DNA of 61,543 nucleotides, filler included, from Choristocarpus tenellus KU-1152 (lineage: Eukaryota; Protista; Phaeophyceae), in assembly GCA_964200185.2 (NCBI GenBank). It is 10 parts of 10 records of this genome, joined end to end, with 100 filler letters (N's around TTAATTAATTAA, not from the genome) between each part and the next. Parts side by side here need not be neighbours in the genome. Positions count along the whole stretch, not along the records: positions 1 to 17,181 come from CAXNAD020000707.1; 9 more parts are not named here. The stretch is one strand, 5' to 3'. Shown here one piece after another: positions 1 through 14,100 of the stretch. The translations under genes and the position numbers were made by a program. The notes under the pieces are model-generated. The model did not search any database. It was not told the origin of the DNA and saw only the letters and a program-made list of their open reading frames with translations. Numbering within the stretch: the stretch's first letter is position 1; each line of letters begins with the position of its first letter.

Positions 1-1832
1 TATGTCATTACCATAGTGCATTCATAAGCTGTTGTTGTTGATCGTGAATATAATAGAAGACTATTTGCATGCCGGTGTTCACTTTCTGGTAACCTTGAAG
101 ATAATCTTCACTGTCCCCCATTGACCTCTGCTCACTACTGTCTGTCCCTCACAAACCCCAACTGTCCCAGATGCTGGCCTTGGATACTTCAGAAAGTCGT
201 GGCGCTTGAGATTAGCAATGTTCATGCATCAACATCATGCTGTTTCTCACTAGTTTTAACATGTTCTATAAAGATGTTCGTGCTTTTGCTATGACAAGGG
301 GAGAATTTGTATTGGCATTTAGTGTTAGCCACTGGCACTCGTGGGTGTTCTATTTTTAGAAGATAGCATGTGTGCCTTTGGCTGTGTTGTGACCTGGCTA
401 TATATAGGGTGCTCCTCACGTTTGAGCACTGATGCAGGATCACTGACTTTGTGTAGTTTAATGGTTTTGGGACCTGTGGATAGCGGTTTTTCTTGTATTC
501 TCCATTCATTTGCACGGTGTGCTTTTGAGCGCTCCATGTACGTGCTTGCTTATTGTGGACCATGCTGACTTCTTAGGTAATGATTGATTTAATACTTGAG
601 GACTGAGGTCATCTCAACTTTACGTCCGATAGTCAAATAGAAGATGAGTAGGGAAGGTCATCACCATGACTTCATTTTTGTGCTTCTTTTCTTGCTAATA
701 ATTTTGTTATTTATGTTTTTGTTGTGGAAATGGAGGTGTAGCGACACTATCAGCAGGAGTTGGGGTTTGGGGGGAGCAGGTTGGAGAGTGAGTATACCAC
801 ACTTAGACAAGACCGTATTGTCAAATTGCTTTGCTGTGACAAGTGTGTGTAGTATGTGCAATCATGGTGTGGTGTTGATGCGTTTCTCAGATTGAAGCAC
901 CATTCTCTTTTCTGGTTGTTCATTATGATTTACTATTATTGGATTATAGTGGTATTACCTTCAGATTGATGTCCCATACTTTGTCATTTCCTGTTTGTAT
1001 TATTAAGACCGCTGTAGTATCAGTACTTTAAACATATGTCAACTTTAGTCAGAACTATAGTGTTTTTTTAATTGCTCCTACTGCTGATCTTCTAATCAGT
1101 ATATATAATCAGAGCAGATGACAAAAGTTTGCATGTATTGAACAGGACATTGATTGGAGGGACTGTGTGTGGCATACAATAACAAACAGCAACAGTCCCT
1201 CCAAAGCTCGCTCTCATCTCACATAATCATACATGGGCAGGCCATGCACCCATCATGAATCCAGGCATGCGATCCATCATGCTACACACTGACGAAATAT
1301 TTTTGGAGGTAAGAAAACATATTTTCAGAGGAAGAGGAGCAAACACAGAAAGCACGACAAGAAATATGTCAATATCGCAGACCAAGAGCAACAGAGCACT
1401 TCGACAGACAACAGTTGTTGACCCCAGACGTCACCAACCAAAGTAAAAAGAGGGTTCCCTTTTAAGGACGGTGTAACAAAGGTGCAAAGTTCGGCTTGTC
1501 GTACAATTGTGTCTACAGACAGGAACTTTTCTGAATCATGTCCGAAATATTTACATAATAAGAATCAACTATATGGAGTCAAATCTTAGCATATATACAA
1601 CTAAGAAGGGCGGAATTGCAAAATGGCTCGAAATGTAAAATTACCAAAACCTGGGTACCTCTCGTTGACTTTGGCTCACTACTATCATCGGTAAATCACC
1701 CATGAGTTGTTGCACAATATACGTCCATCATTATTAGCCAACTACTCAACACCTACCCAACAAGCCAAAGGAGGCATGTGTAGTGAACGTACATTTACAT
1801 AGAATGATGAACTGATCTCTATCCATCTATAT

Positions 1833-1868
1833 TACTACTACTACTACTACTACTACTACTATTACTAC
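1833..1868. repeat. (TAC)n microsatellite
   Basis: Run of tac units with one tat interruption. Confidence 0.9.
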
Positions 1869-4800
1869 CACCACCTCTACTACATTAGTATTGGTGCTAT
1901 AGTGGAGTGCATGTTGCAAAATAAAAATTTATGTATATCCTATTCGTCCCTCTTAATGCTAAGTTTCCGTCGGTCCTCCTGCCTGTGCATTACAGATAAT
2001 CATCATAGAAGAGAGGAACTAAGCCTTTGCCATAATGGTGCCGACTTCGATCGCTCGCCCTGTCTGTGGCTAGAGCAAGTGGGGATCAAAGCACAGGCTG
2101 GGGAACGGATATGACTGGTCGAACGGGTTTTGATGCATTGCTTTTTGGAACGAACAAGGTGCCGCATTTCCCAGGAACGGAAGAACGTTGGGTATTTAAG
2201 GCAGCACAGACAGCGGGCGAGGAGTTCCGGGTTCAACAGGTTGAAGCATTGCCGCAAGGGTGCCAGTACACGGTTGACAACCTCTCGGTATAACAGTGAA
2301 GTTTGGCTTGATACCTCTTCGTGCATGGACTTTCTGTTGTTGTGGCGGCGATATAGTTTCAATTTCTCCCTGACGATCGGGGTTTTGACTGACGATATAT
2401 ACAGCGTTGTAATGTCAGAAAAGGGCAAGGCTATCATCCACACGTACCTCCTGCCTGCTGTGTGGTCATGACTCAGGAAGAAGGGCACTTTTCGCGAGAA
2501 TTTTTTACGCGCGCGCCAAACTCGCGTGAATATATCCCCGATTCTGTACGAGGTCGCCCGAATACGAGAATTCCGGTACAAAATCCTATTTTTTGTGTAT
2601 GTCGAAAAAGCAGTATAAAATGGGTTTGGTACATAATATTTGGTATAAAATCGATGTAGGTACTGTATGGACAAAACTAGGCAAAAACTCTCCTTCAATC
2701 ATCCATAGATCCGTTTTTGGTCTTGACCAAACTATTTTTAGATTTGAATGACCTTTATCACGACTTTTGGAACACTTTCAAAATGTCTACATACATGTGA
2801 TGTTTACCTCGCATTGTTTGCTTACATAATAAATAGTGCCAAGATATGCCTGATAGATATGGTCGTATCCTATATCAGTCTATACTTCCAGAATTTCAAA
2901 ACTGTGTATGGGTGCCTTCACCCATCAAATTCCTAGTGGTTCATTCACAAGTTTATGATCACCCACACATTTAGAACCAAAGCAAATCAATTGGCAAAAA
3001 AGAAACAACAAATAGGGGAAAAGACACCTATAGAACCATTATGAAAAGTTTTTGGTGAAAAATGCAGTTCAAACCCTTTCCATTACGGATCTTGGAGCTT
3101 TTTAGACTCATAATGATATCATTTCTAATTTCAGCAAACATTTGCAGATGATGTCGGTAGGAATAATATCCACTATTGTCTCACTCCTTCGATCTCCTTG
3201 TATATTAAATATTGCTATGATTTTGACATTTTGGAGATGTATCATATTGTATGTATTGCATACATAGTTGTAGATAAAGATATCACTTCATGGAAATTCC
3301 ACTTTTGGCAAATACCTTCAACATTATACTAGTATTTGGAAAATGTTTGTGGCAAAATATTTTTAGTGGGACATAGTTCATCCTACCAAATCCATGAATT
3401 GTTAGGAGGATACAATAAAATATCAGAGGGTATAATAATATGATGTATCTACGACTATTAGATTTGGTAGAGGTGGAGGAATATATTGCGTAATAGCGAG
3501 GGTGGTCAAACCTCAATGGTTTGAATGGTAGGACGAGTTTAGGTCTTTGAACTTCAACCCAGTTCCACTAATGCATTAACCACCTCTTAATTATATGCTC
3601 CAAACGTTCTATCCTGGCGATTGCTAGCTATACCACAGGAAAAATCTAGGAAAAGGGCAGCAAATTGGTGAAATCATAGACAAATTACCTGGCAACAGCT
3701 CAAGGGACTATAGTATTCTTCCAGAAAGATCTGAATCGTGTTACAAATATATACTACAAAGAGAGAGAGAGTACATATTAGGTTTGTGAGAAGCGGAGGG
3801 ATGAGGAGTTGAACGGGTGAACCCAAAATACAAGAGTAAACACACGTCAATGAATTAGTTAGTGTAACAAGTAGTTTGATGGGTAGAAAAGAATCACACA
3901 GTGTGTACTGCCATCTCACCACGGCCCAAAGGGCTAGGTAGGGTAGATGTAGTTAGTGGATAAGTTCCAGCAAAAAAATAAATAAATCTGCACCTACACA
4001 ACAAAATTCAAATAGAATAGTGAACAACGAGTGGTGGGATACCATGTTGTGTATGAGGTATAGTAGGGACTACCACTACCCAACAAGATTCCAGGGACGA
4101 GATGGATTGACGAATGAATGGTGGGACAGCTGAGAGACAAAGTAAACGACAGTACCCAAAAGTTACATTTTAAGGATGCTGAGATGTACAACTTACACCT
4201 TTTGTTACAATATGTGTAGAAGATACTTTTTGAATTGTATTGTAGAAGTTTGTAACAATAGAGAAATAAACGTTGTCAAGTCAAATATAGAACAAAATTA
4301 ATAGAAATATGTATGAATTGCAAAGATTGAAAACCAGACATATAGTAGAAAACAATCGAAACCTGGGTACTTTCGTTTACTTCATCTTTGAATCCATGGC
4401 AGATTACGAATGCAATGGACAACCAGCGGTGGGTTATCAAAGTGAAAAGCCTATTGGACAACAAGAATCAAGGAAGGCGGACCAAGGAATATGGTTGAGA
4501 TAGCTGAATCTGACCGATGAGGCAGATTAGTTTTACTTGTAGTTAGAGCTTCATAATAACATGCAGATGAGAAAATGACAAGAGGGGAAAAGCAAGTCAT
4601 GGATGGGGTTAGAGTAGTTCATTTTTGTAATAGTAATATTCATACTGCATAGGTGAATAAGCCAAATTTCGTTAGTTACACCTCCATACAGAGCCCACTA
4701 ATATTAATAGTAGGTTAGTGTGTAGTGGATCTCACCAAATGCCACCCTAGTCCCCACGTTGACCATACTGATTTGATACACATGTTTTTCTGTTTTATGT

Positions 4801-5191
4801 AGGAACCTACAGGTTACACCGATTGCTGTAGAAGATGGATTGTATCAGAAAGTATTTCCCATTTCTTGTTTCGTCCCATCAGTAAAAAATATACACATCC
4901 TTCTTTGTTGTCCCCTTTTTCGGTCGAACTTTTTCTTCCTCGGAGAAGTTGTTACCCGGTACAAGAAGGTACAGTGAAACTACTCTATGTGGTTGACCTT
5001 ATGTGGGAGAGTTACACAACAACAAAACAGCCGCAGCAGTAGTTACTGCACGTAACACCGGTCGCTCTCCCGTCCAGCCAACTTGAATATCGCAACCTCT
5101 ACTCCTCCAGTAACCACTCCACGTCCTCGCTTTACCGTGGACTGGGCAGATTGGATCAAGAGGGTTGGGCAGTGGAGGGGCTGCACGCAAG

Positions 5192-8100
5192 ATGTTTCGC
5201 CTATCGTTGGTGGTGGGCGCCTTTGCCCTACTCTCAACGGTTATGAGCCAAGTCTCAGTGGATATGCAGCCTTGCATTCTTGCTTCAGACGCATTGGTAA
5301 GGGGATATTGGGACACAACAGCTTCCATCTATTCCTCTGCGACCTTGCCTGGTATTTGGTGGTAGTCAAGTTTGAGAGTCTTCGTGTTCTCCAGTGATAT
5401 CTCGATATCCAGCACACTTCCGTATACGTTTGGAGTCACAATGCTTCGTGCAAAACATAGTCGATCTAGATACCATCCAACTAAAACGTCCTCATTACAT
5501 ACCCTCAATAACAGGGTCCCTCGACGGCACCTGTAGGAGATGCATACTTGATCTCGCAGTGGTACAAGGGCTTTTGGTCTGCAGCCCAGGTTTGTGTTAA
5601 GGATTTATGCGGGGTTTGCTATTAAATTACCAAGTATGCGCATGTAAAGCTCCAATATGCTGGCTCATTTTATACCTCTGCTCTGGATCCGTCCTTGCTG
5701 GCATCTACTTCTGATACGATCATCATTGCGTTTCATACGCGCGCAGAACGTGATCGTTGCTCCCACAGGCAACTTGGGCCTTACCAACGCCGACGGTAGT
5801 GGCAAGTGCGATGTGATATACGTGGGTATAGTTCCAACTGAAGCACAGAAGACGGAGCTTCAGGACTATGCTCGTGCTTTCAAGGTTAGCAGGACAATTT
5901 GCAATGATTGCAAGTGTATTCAAGACTCGCAAACAAAGATGTCGATTGATCGAAGTTCCCATTCCCTGGTACCACAACCTAGACTTGATGCGTATAGTTT
6001 AAGTGTCATAACCTGAAATCATGAACAAAACAAGGTTACTTGAGTTTCTCCTTTGAGTGAAGCCATATGTAATTAATCTCTATAATCATCTTAAGTTATG
6101 TGCCACACCCTCTAGACAACATCATATTCTGATATTGCAACCTCTCTTCTACACCCCGCCAGCTCTGGATGCCTAGTTGAGTCCTACAATCCTGTCGGTC
6201 ATAGCTTCAGTGGAAGGACATCACCTCACCTGTTACACCCTCTCCGAGAAAATTTGTGTTCGCAGCCTGTCAACTTCACGCAGGAATTGATTGATGACCC
6301 ATTGATGAATTCAGGTGCGACTGGTATGGTTCGAAAGCTCAGATGCTGCTAACAATCTTGAAGTAAACTTGAGGATGAAAGTCAGTCAGACATTTGCACC
6401 TCCTCTCTGGACACTCGCTGCACCTACTCCTCCAGCGCTGAAGCTTACAAGTAAGTGTGTGATCCATTATTTCTATGACTCCAGGCTCAACGTATCTGGG
6501 GGGGGGGGGGGGGGGGGGGGGTCTTTACCAGGGTGTTCGTTCGGGTCCTGACCAGCAGAAGTGCACTTACATTATCCATCCGACACATGTAATCAAATCA
6601 ACCAAAAATTGTGACAAGGAAAAATGGGCCCCGAATGGACAGCTGCCACCCCCTCCTAGACACTTCGAGCCTCCAGAGAGCCAAATTCTACATGTCCTCT
6701 CATGCTGAACATATTTTGGGTTGTCAATACTAGAGTGGAAAATTGACACAATGAGTGGAGGCTGGGATTAGATTATGTGACACCATTGACCCAATCGACC
6801 TTCCATAGTGATTGGACCTGAAAAGACTCCTAGTTTATTGGCGCTCTGCTCCAATGGAATATTCAATTATAGGTGATGTTTGATTTGATAGATACTGGTC
6901 TGTCAGATTTGATCGACTGATAATTTTGCGGTCTTATCATTGAGAGAAGTCATACATGAAGCAGATAACATGTATGAACTAAAAAAATCGACAAATATTG
7001 TTAAAGCTATCTACTGGAGGTTCAAGTTGGAGAATTCCCCCTAACACGACTCCACCCCTCGATGTGTTGACGTTAGATATGCCGTTAACCACTATCGTTC
7101 CAACTGTTATCTTTGCAGCGGCGGGGAACGCAATTTCTTCGGTGATTGCAGATGGTATGATGACAAATCCTCAGAAGAACAACATGTTCACTCGTCCTCT
7201 ACACCAGTACGAATCCACGTTCGACAATGGAACAGCCAATATCCTTGGTTCGTAAGTACATATCTCCAAACCCAAACAGTGTTTCTTCAACACAACAGTG
7301 TGAACTTCAACTGGTGCCAAGCTAGATTTTCATGTCTATGAACGTTGAAGAATAGTTGACTTTGAGCAGAATGGAAACATTCCGACTATCCAGTGCCAAT
7401 GCTTGTAACTCTATCAATTTCAGTTACACAGTTGACTTTGGTTTGAACACACTATTTGTGATATGCTCATTTGCTCAGGTATGCGGATATGACCGGAACG
7501 TTTTTGGTGAGTGTTGATAACTTTCCTTCAGCAGCAGTAGTGGAGTGGATTGGAACAGATGGGCTGGAAGAACTCTACATCTTCTTCACCATCGCGTGGT
7601 TTGACATGGGCTCCTGGGCATGGGGACATTTTGCGGCGGACTGGGCGACCAAAGGAATCTTCCAGGCACGTAAAAGGCTAGTCTTTGGTAACTCTGGGCG
7701 GTGAGGTGAACAGAAAGTATTTTTTGTTCATGGGGTAATATAAGTGTTTGTCTTAGGAGAATGGTAAATGAGTTTGTACTATTCCATATATCATTGAAAT
7801 CACAGGAGGAGGGACTGAGGAGTCAGCATGTGGTGTGCTCAGTGTTGTTGACGATACATCTCTGCAATCCCGTCCTTTGTTCAAACTCGAAACACTGCGA
7901 ATATAGGGTGAAAGGCGCTTCTACCTTGGCCCTGTGGTGGATGACCTTTTTCTGACAACTGAGCAGTTTGTGTACGATGGCGCAGATAATAAGGGTCCGG
8001 TAAGCTTGCCAGCTGGGTTATCTCATAATTTGCTTTGAAACAAGATATCCAAAAAGAAAAATATGACAAAGGCTCTCTTGGTTGGAACTTCTTGTGCTGA

Positions 8101-11100
8101 ACTTTCAGAGAACTTCGCTGGACGAGTTTTTAATGCTATCACTAGTATTGTCGAAATCGAACCATTCACTTCTTTATATCTCTCTTTGACTGACGTATGC
8201 ATGGTCGAACTGCTTCAGGAGGTGCGGCTGACTGGAGCAGAGCTGAATACCTTTCAGAGTTTCCAGAACACACTCAACTCTCTATATGGTTCTGATATTA
8301 TTGTGGAGTTTGCCTACAATGGAAACGGGGTCCTCGAGAAGGTTAGTGCGTACTACAAACTCAACTCAGATGTATTGTATTTAAGAGGGCGACTTTCAAT
8401 GATCCAGTAATACTTGCAATATTAACTGCGAGAAAAGAAGTCGCTATCACAAACGTGCCTTTCGTCTAAAAGTTCCTTCGAGATTTGTTCTAGGAAGCTC
8501 TACATGTGCAGTGCGTAAGCCAGGTTCTTTCTCGTTTTCAGTCTCACTGCGTAAGGTTCCAAATGCCGAAAACAGGTCATCTCCCCATTAGCACTGAGCT
8601 TCGAAAATGCTGATGCTGGACTCCTGCCCAAGGGTCAAAAGATTGAAGGGAATGGTAAGGACAAGAGAAGTAATTAGTGGTCTAAGTGGTCTTGGAGGGT
8701 GTAAGGAGAGGAACGTTTCTTTTATATTTATCCATAATAATTTCCAATGCACCAGAAGTGCATTCCATTGACATCATGTGGGACTACGTTATTGTGAGAA
8801 CATCCTCCATGTTAGGTTGAAGGTGCCGTTTTTATTGAACTTGACCCAACACAGCAATTTGGAGGAGTGACTATCTTGTACAAATATGGATATAGTGTGT
8901 TTCAAAATTTCGGAAGAGGTGTGGGGTACATGTAGTGTGGACTAGTTGTTCCAATTCCCTTCGAGAAACCTTCAAGTGCGGTGACCCTCTCTGTATAACA
9001 CAGGTATTCCCCCTGTTCTTGATACCACCTGGTTGTCGAGGGCTGTACCTGGGATGGCAACCGAGTTTGCTTCTGGACTCTGGATTGCTAATGATGATCT
9101 TCTGAGAGAAACATTGACAACAATGAGGAATGAGTTCTACTGGCAGTCCCATACCTTGACCCACCTTTCAAGAGACAACCTTGGCACATCAGACTGCACC
9201 ATCGAGGACGAGGGTAAGGTTTTGAAATGGTGCAAGATACAACATATCCTTCAGGGAACACAAGAGTATTCTAGGGAATAGATTTGTGCATGCAGACCCA
9301 ATTCAGCTTGGTTCACCCAGAATATTTTTTTCCGGGAAATTGTTTTCCGGTGTAACAAGAGTCAGTGGATACTTTAGCACCATTTAACCTGAGTGCTTGT
9401 CCCTTTGCATTGCCAGGCCCAACTATCCCCTCTGTTTGGGAGGAAATTGTCTCAAAAGCAAACATATTGATTAATCACCTTTTTTTCTAATCTGGGAAAG
9501 TCGGTTTCACAATATAGACGTGATGGGGTCGTAAGTCGGGTAGTGATGGGGAAAGTGACATGACCATGCTTCACTGAAGTCTGTTGCTATCCAAAATTCC
9601 TCTTTGCTCCTTCCTTTGTCTATGCTGAAGTTTCTTTCCGTCGATCGCATTGCTATTCAGGCAACATCCAGTTCGCCAAGGCAATGAACTGGTACTTCAC
9701 GAACGACAACTTCAACTGGTATTCTATGGTATCTCCTGGTATCACTGGTCTCTTCAACGAGTTCTGCCTAGCGTGAGTCACCATGAGAAATCTTCTGCAT
9801 CTCTCCTTTGAGAGACTACATGTTGAGTCCAGTCCAGCACTCCATACATTGCAAGCAATGAACTTGCTAATCACTGATTTGTTCCATCATTTCAAAGCAA
9901 CAGTGAACACAATTGTTTCTTAAGAAAACCTTTGGGCTGGTACATTGAGGTTGTCTTAGCTCTTGTAGTATATTTTCCCTCCTCAATATTCGACCTTTGT
10001 AAAAAATGTGCTTCGTTGAAGTACCTTGACATGATGCGGCGACCTTTGTTATCCTTAAATGTAATCTTATTTACTCTAGTAATACAATATATTGAGAAAA
10101 GGGTTATAACATTTCTAGGCAGTTTCTTTCATTATCTCAGCATTAGTTCCTTCTTTCAATTGTCCCTGCGCTTGCTCTAAACTTTGAGTTTACAAAATTA
10201 ACTCTTTAGGAGCGGCGCTGCTCAGCTGATGACCTGCTACCCTGGTGACAACACCTTCATTGGTGTTGGAAGCGCCACTCTTGTTAATGAGAACAATCGT
10301 TTCCACCCTCTGACGACAACTGTTGCTACCAATGGTGAGTCTGGTGTCAAGTGTCTTTGCTTAGGTGGAGCATTACCCACCTCTTTTTTGCCATTCCTGA
10401 CTTCATGACAACTGATATGTTGCTTAGTTGTTACCGTAACCCTGTTTATTTTCTAAGGAGTCAAGAAACAAGTTGATCTTTGTTTGCTGCTATATCGGAT
10501 TAAGGACAGAATGGTTGATTTGTTCACATGGTTCCAGGGGTGTTTCTTGAACATCAACTCATTGTCGGTCTCGACAATTTTTTTTTTATGAAAGTCTTAA
10601 AACGATCATACTGTGTAGGATCGCCTAGAATTCTTCTTCCACGAAAGTGTTAATTGACTCTACGTTCGAAAATTTGGGTGCGTGTGTCAGGTTACGCTGG
10701 AGTTACCATCGCCCCACGGTTTGCTACCTTTGTCTACTTCAACTGTGTCACAGCCGATGTGAGTGAATATTTTTCTTCACCCTCTGCTGTGCTCAGTTAA
10801 GACCATGGAGGAATAGTCAGTGTGTCACTGAAGTATTATAGTGATCGCCCTTAGCTGGTTCAAAGTATCTTAGAGGGTATAGTCATGTCCATTTGGGGAC
10901 CAAAACCCAAGGTTGCGATTTTGATGTAATTTTGGCTACGTGTTTGTTAGGAAGTGTTAACATCCTTGTTCCAGACACATCATAACATACACATTTTACC
11001 TACTCCAGAACGTTTCGGAGTAGGTAAAATGTCATAAAAAGCCCGTGGGAAGCCAAGCCCACAGCGGACAAACAGGGCAAAACCTGTACCCTCTAAGATT

Positions 11101-14100
11101 CTTTCACTCAGCTATTGACAAGTCATTTGAGAAAAATGTGTAACAATGATAAGTATTTTTTGAGTGTTCATATAGACGTAGAAGTGATTTGTATTCAGCG
11201 ACTCTTACAATGCTGGTGGTTGTAATTATTGTACTTGGTGTACAAAAGCCTTTCAAGTGGTGAGAAGTGGGTAGCCTCTTGCCTTACAAGAATCGCATAT
11301 GATAGGCACCTTGCCTGACATGTTTCAGTCTCCTCTAACCGTTGTTTGATGCAGTGTCTTATCAAGGAGAACGAGTTTATCAGGCGCACTGTGTGTGGAT
11401 GCTCCAACCTTGACCCAACCGGAGATAAGGGGGTAAGTTGGGCTACGTTGGGTAAATGCTATGTATAAAAAACTATGGTATCTGCTAATATATGTTTTCA
11501 GATGTTTTCCATTCTCCACGTATTTGAATCCTACGTATCACATATCAACTGTGTTTTAGAGACCAGTCCACGAAAAGTTTAGTACCCCTAGTATTATATA
11601 TAGTTTTGTCGTACTATCAACGTCTACGCATTATATTGGGAGTCGTACGATTATACATGCATACCTGCGTGTCTTGTCTTACGTCCTTGTTCATTAACTC
11701 TCTACACTGTTCCTGAGTTTGTTTCTTTATTTTATGCCTGGCACTGCTGTTGCTGTTCTTAACCAGTAGCAAATCAACCCTGGACTTGTGACTTTAATCT
11801 AATCACTGTCCTTCACCAATCCTGTAATTTTATGTCGGACGCACTTTGTTCACAGACTTGCAGTCTATGCGGCGACGACATCCAGTCCTTCGGAAGTCTG
11901 GCCAACCTCATCAATTGGGAAAAGGAAGCGACTACGAGGCAGATTCTAAGCGGTTTCCGCGACAAGTACATGTTCCATCAGGTGTGTGTCTGTGTGTGAA
12001 TATATGGACTCTCCTTAACTCGGAACCCATAGGCACTAGGCATGTGGTTTGTACCCAGTAGATACCAGAGATGAAGCACAAGCAATGTTGTCGTTTCTTG
12101 ATGTTCCTATTTTGGATCCTGGCTTTGGATTGTTGATTTAAGAGCGTGTGGGGGGAAGATTAGTTCATGTAGTCTAGTTGAGGACTTGGATACAGGCACA
12201 TTTGCAGTACACTTGAATTTTTCACATTCACCTTTCACTATTTCACCCTTTTGGTGCAAGTTCTCTGAAACATATGCAACGCCATTTTGTTTTTGTTCTA
12301 TTGTTTGATTATCCCTACAGGCCAATGTGATCCCCACAACTGACATAGATGGAACCACCAGCAAGTCACTACTGGAGTTTTGGATGGAGGAGATTATGTT
12401 GGAGCTCACCTCTTTCATCAGCTTCCCGATCAAGGTCTTGAAGTACCTGAATTGATGCAAAACGCTTGGTTGAATCTTATGAATGGAGTGTAAGATGATT
12501 AATTGCTCATACAAAGTATCATCATGAGAGAAGTGTAAATTGCACTGGTATTGACTTGTCCAGTTCCCTCGGGTAGATCGAACTGGACAAGTCAATGCCT
12601 AGACATTTGCAAGGTGCATGTTATCGACCTTACTTAATCTTTATACACCACTTTAATGCCATTTACCCTTCGTGACGAACTATATTCACCCCTCTATCGC
12701 TAGAGGGTACACTGTATCGGTTCTACCAGCATGTATTCTCTATACCCTTGTTTTGCGGTTGTGCCTTGCCCTCGAGTACCTTCCCATCTTGTTTATTGCT
12801 ATCGACTTGTCAATCAGACTCTCAAGTTCGATCACTTGTGCGATAACTTCAACCTCCACGAGGCTTTGGATGGTGCAGAACCTCTCCTCAGGGCAAATAA
12901 GAACACCGCAGGTAAAATGTAGCCTCTTGTACAACCCCTTTTTTGCTCTCCGTCCTTGGTGAGATTCGATTTGAGTATATCAAGTCGAAAGCTCTCTGGA
13001 GAATTGATGAAAATACTTCAACGAGTGCAGTCTTTGTAGTCGGTCTCTTTTTTGTTTGTGCTGTACTTCGCATTATTCTCTGTCAACTGTAATTGATTTA
13101 CATTGTCTCATGAAATGAAATGAAGCAATCTTCTTGTTTAAAATGTCTTGGACAGCATGCTAAAAACTCAGTAGGGACACCTGTGCTGAACAACTGTGTG
13201 TTTGATGAATAATCTTTCTCCTTGCCTTAATGACACAAATTGTATTCGAAGGTGTGGTCACTAGCATTGAGCTGGCTTCAGCTTCGGGTACCACCGGATA
13301 TATCCCTGTCACCGTTCCCAGCACTGTGTCGGTGAGAAGTGCTGTTGCGGGGACAACACGGATTTAGAAGTGCGCTATCTACACAAAATTTGGATTGAGC
13401 TTTCCTTTTCCTTTCTTTTGACAGTTAGAGGTAGCGCCTTCCAAGTAGAGATGTACTCTCTCGACTATTGTGGTAAGAGAATACTCCGGAGTAGTTTGTT
13501 TTTTATGATTTTTGAAGGAGTACTACCCATTATTGAGTGTGCCAAATCGCGGAAGAGGAGGAGATACAGATATTTCCACCTTGTTGGAGGAAGCTAACCT
13601 GAAGAAACTACTTGTTGAGAGGGCTTACAGTCTCCCCTCTTCCGCCCAAAGTCTAGAACTACTTAGATTTTGGAAAAAAGGTTGGGTTCTCCTTGAATAC
13701 CCACCTGATTCAATTTTGTTGTTTCACTTTCTCTTTTAGCTTTGAGCTGGCTGTGGTGTTATAATGGTTCTACTGCCATTTTCTGTAACCTCTCGATGCA
13801 TACTTTGTATCAATATATCGATCATATTGCGTACAATTGCTCCCCCAAGTATAATGAACTTCAACGAGCTGATTTGGGGATATAATTCTGTAGTAAACCT
13901 CTGACCTACCAAGGAGGTAGTCAGCTATCTCCGCGGTAGCTCAGAGGTTTGCTAAAGGTTCAAATATATCATAATCGTCATGTCAGCACTATATTTCCCA
14001 TTTCCTCCATTTTTTCTTCATTTTTAGTTTAAGGATATATTGACTGGTGGCCAAAGGAACCACACACTACTTCTCATACGCCGGGAACATACCTACTGAG

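Noticed and set aside
2003-2698. 231-aa minus-strand ORF
   Set aside because: Non-ATG start, no recognisable domain, and it runs through promoter-like sequence; probably a chance ORF.
3900-4560. Possible decayed retroelement patches (also about 15500-16300, 35550-35830 and 44400-44850)
   Set aside because: Only vague similarity with many stops; no diagnostic motif could be read with confidence.
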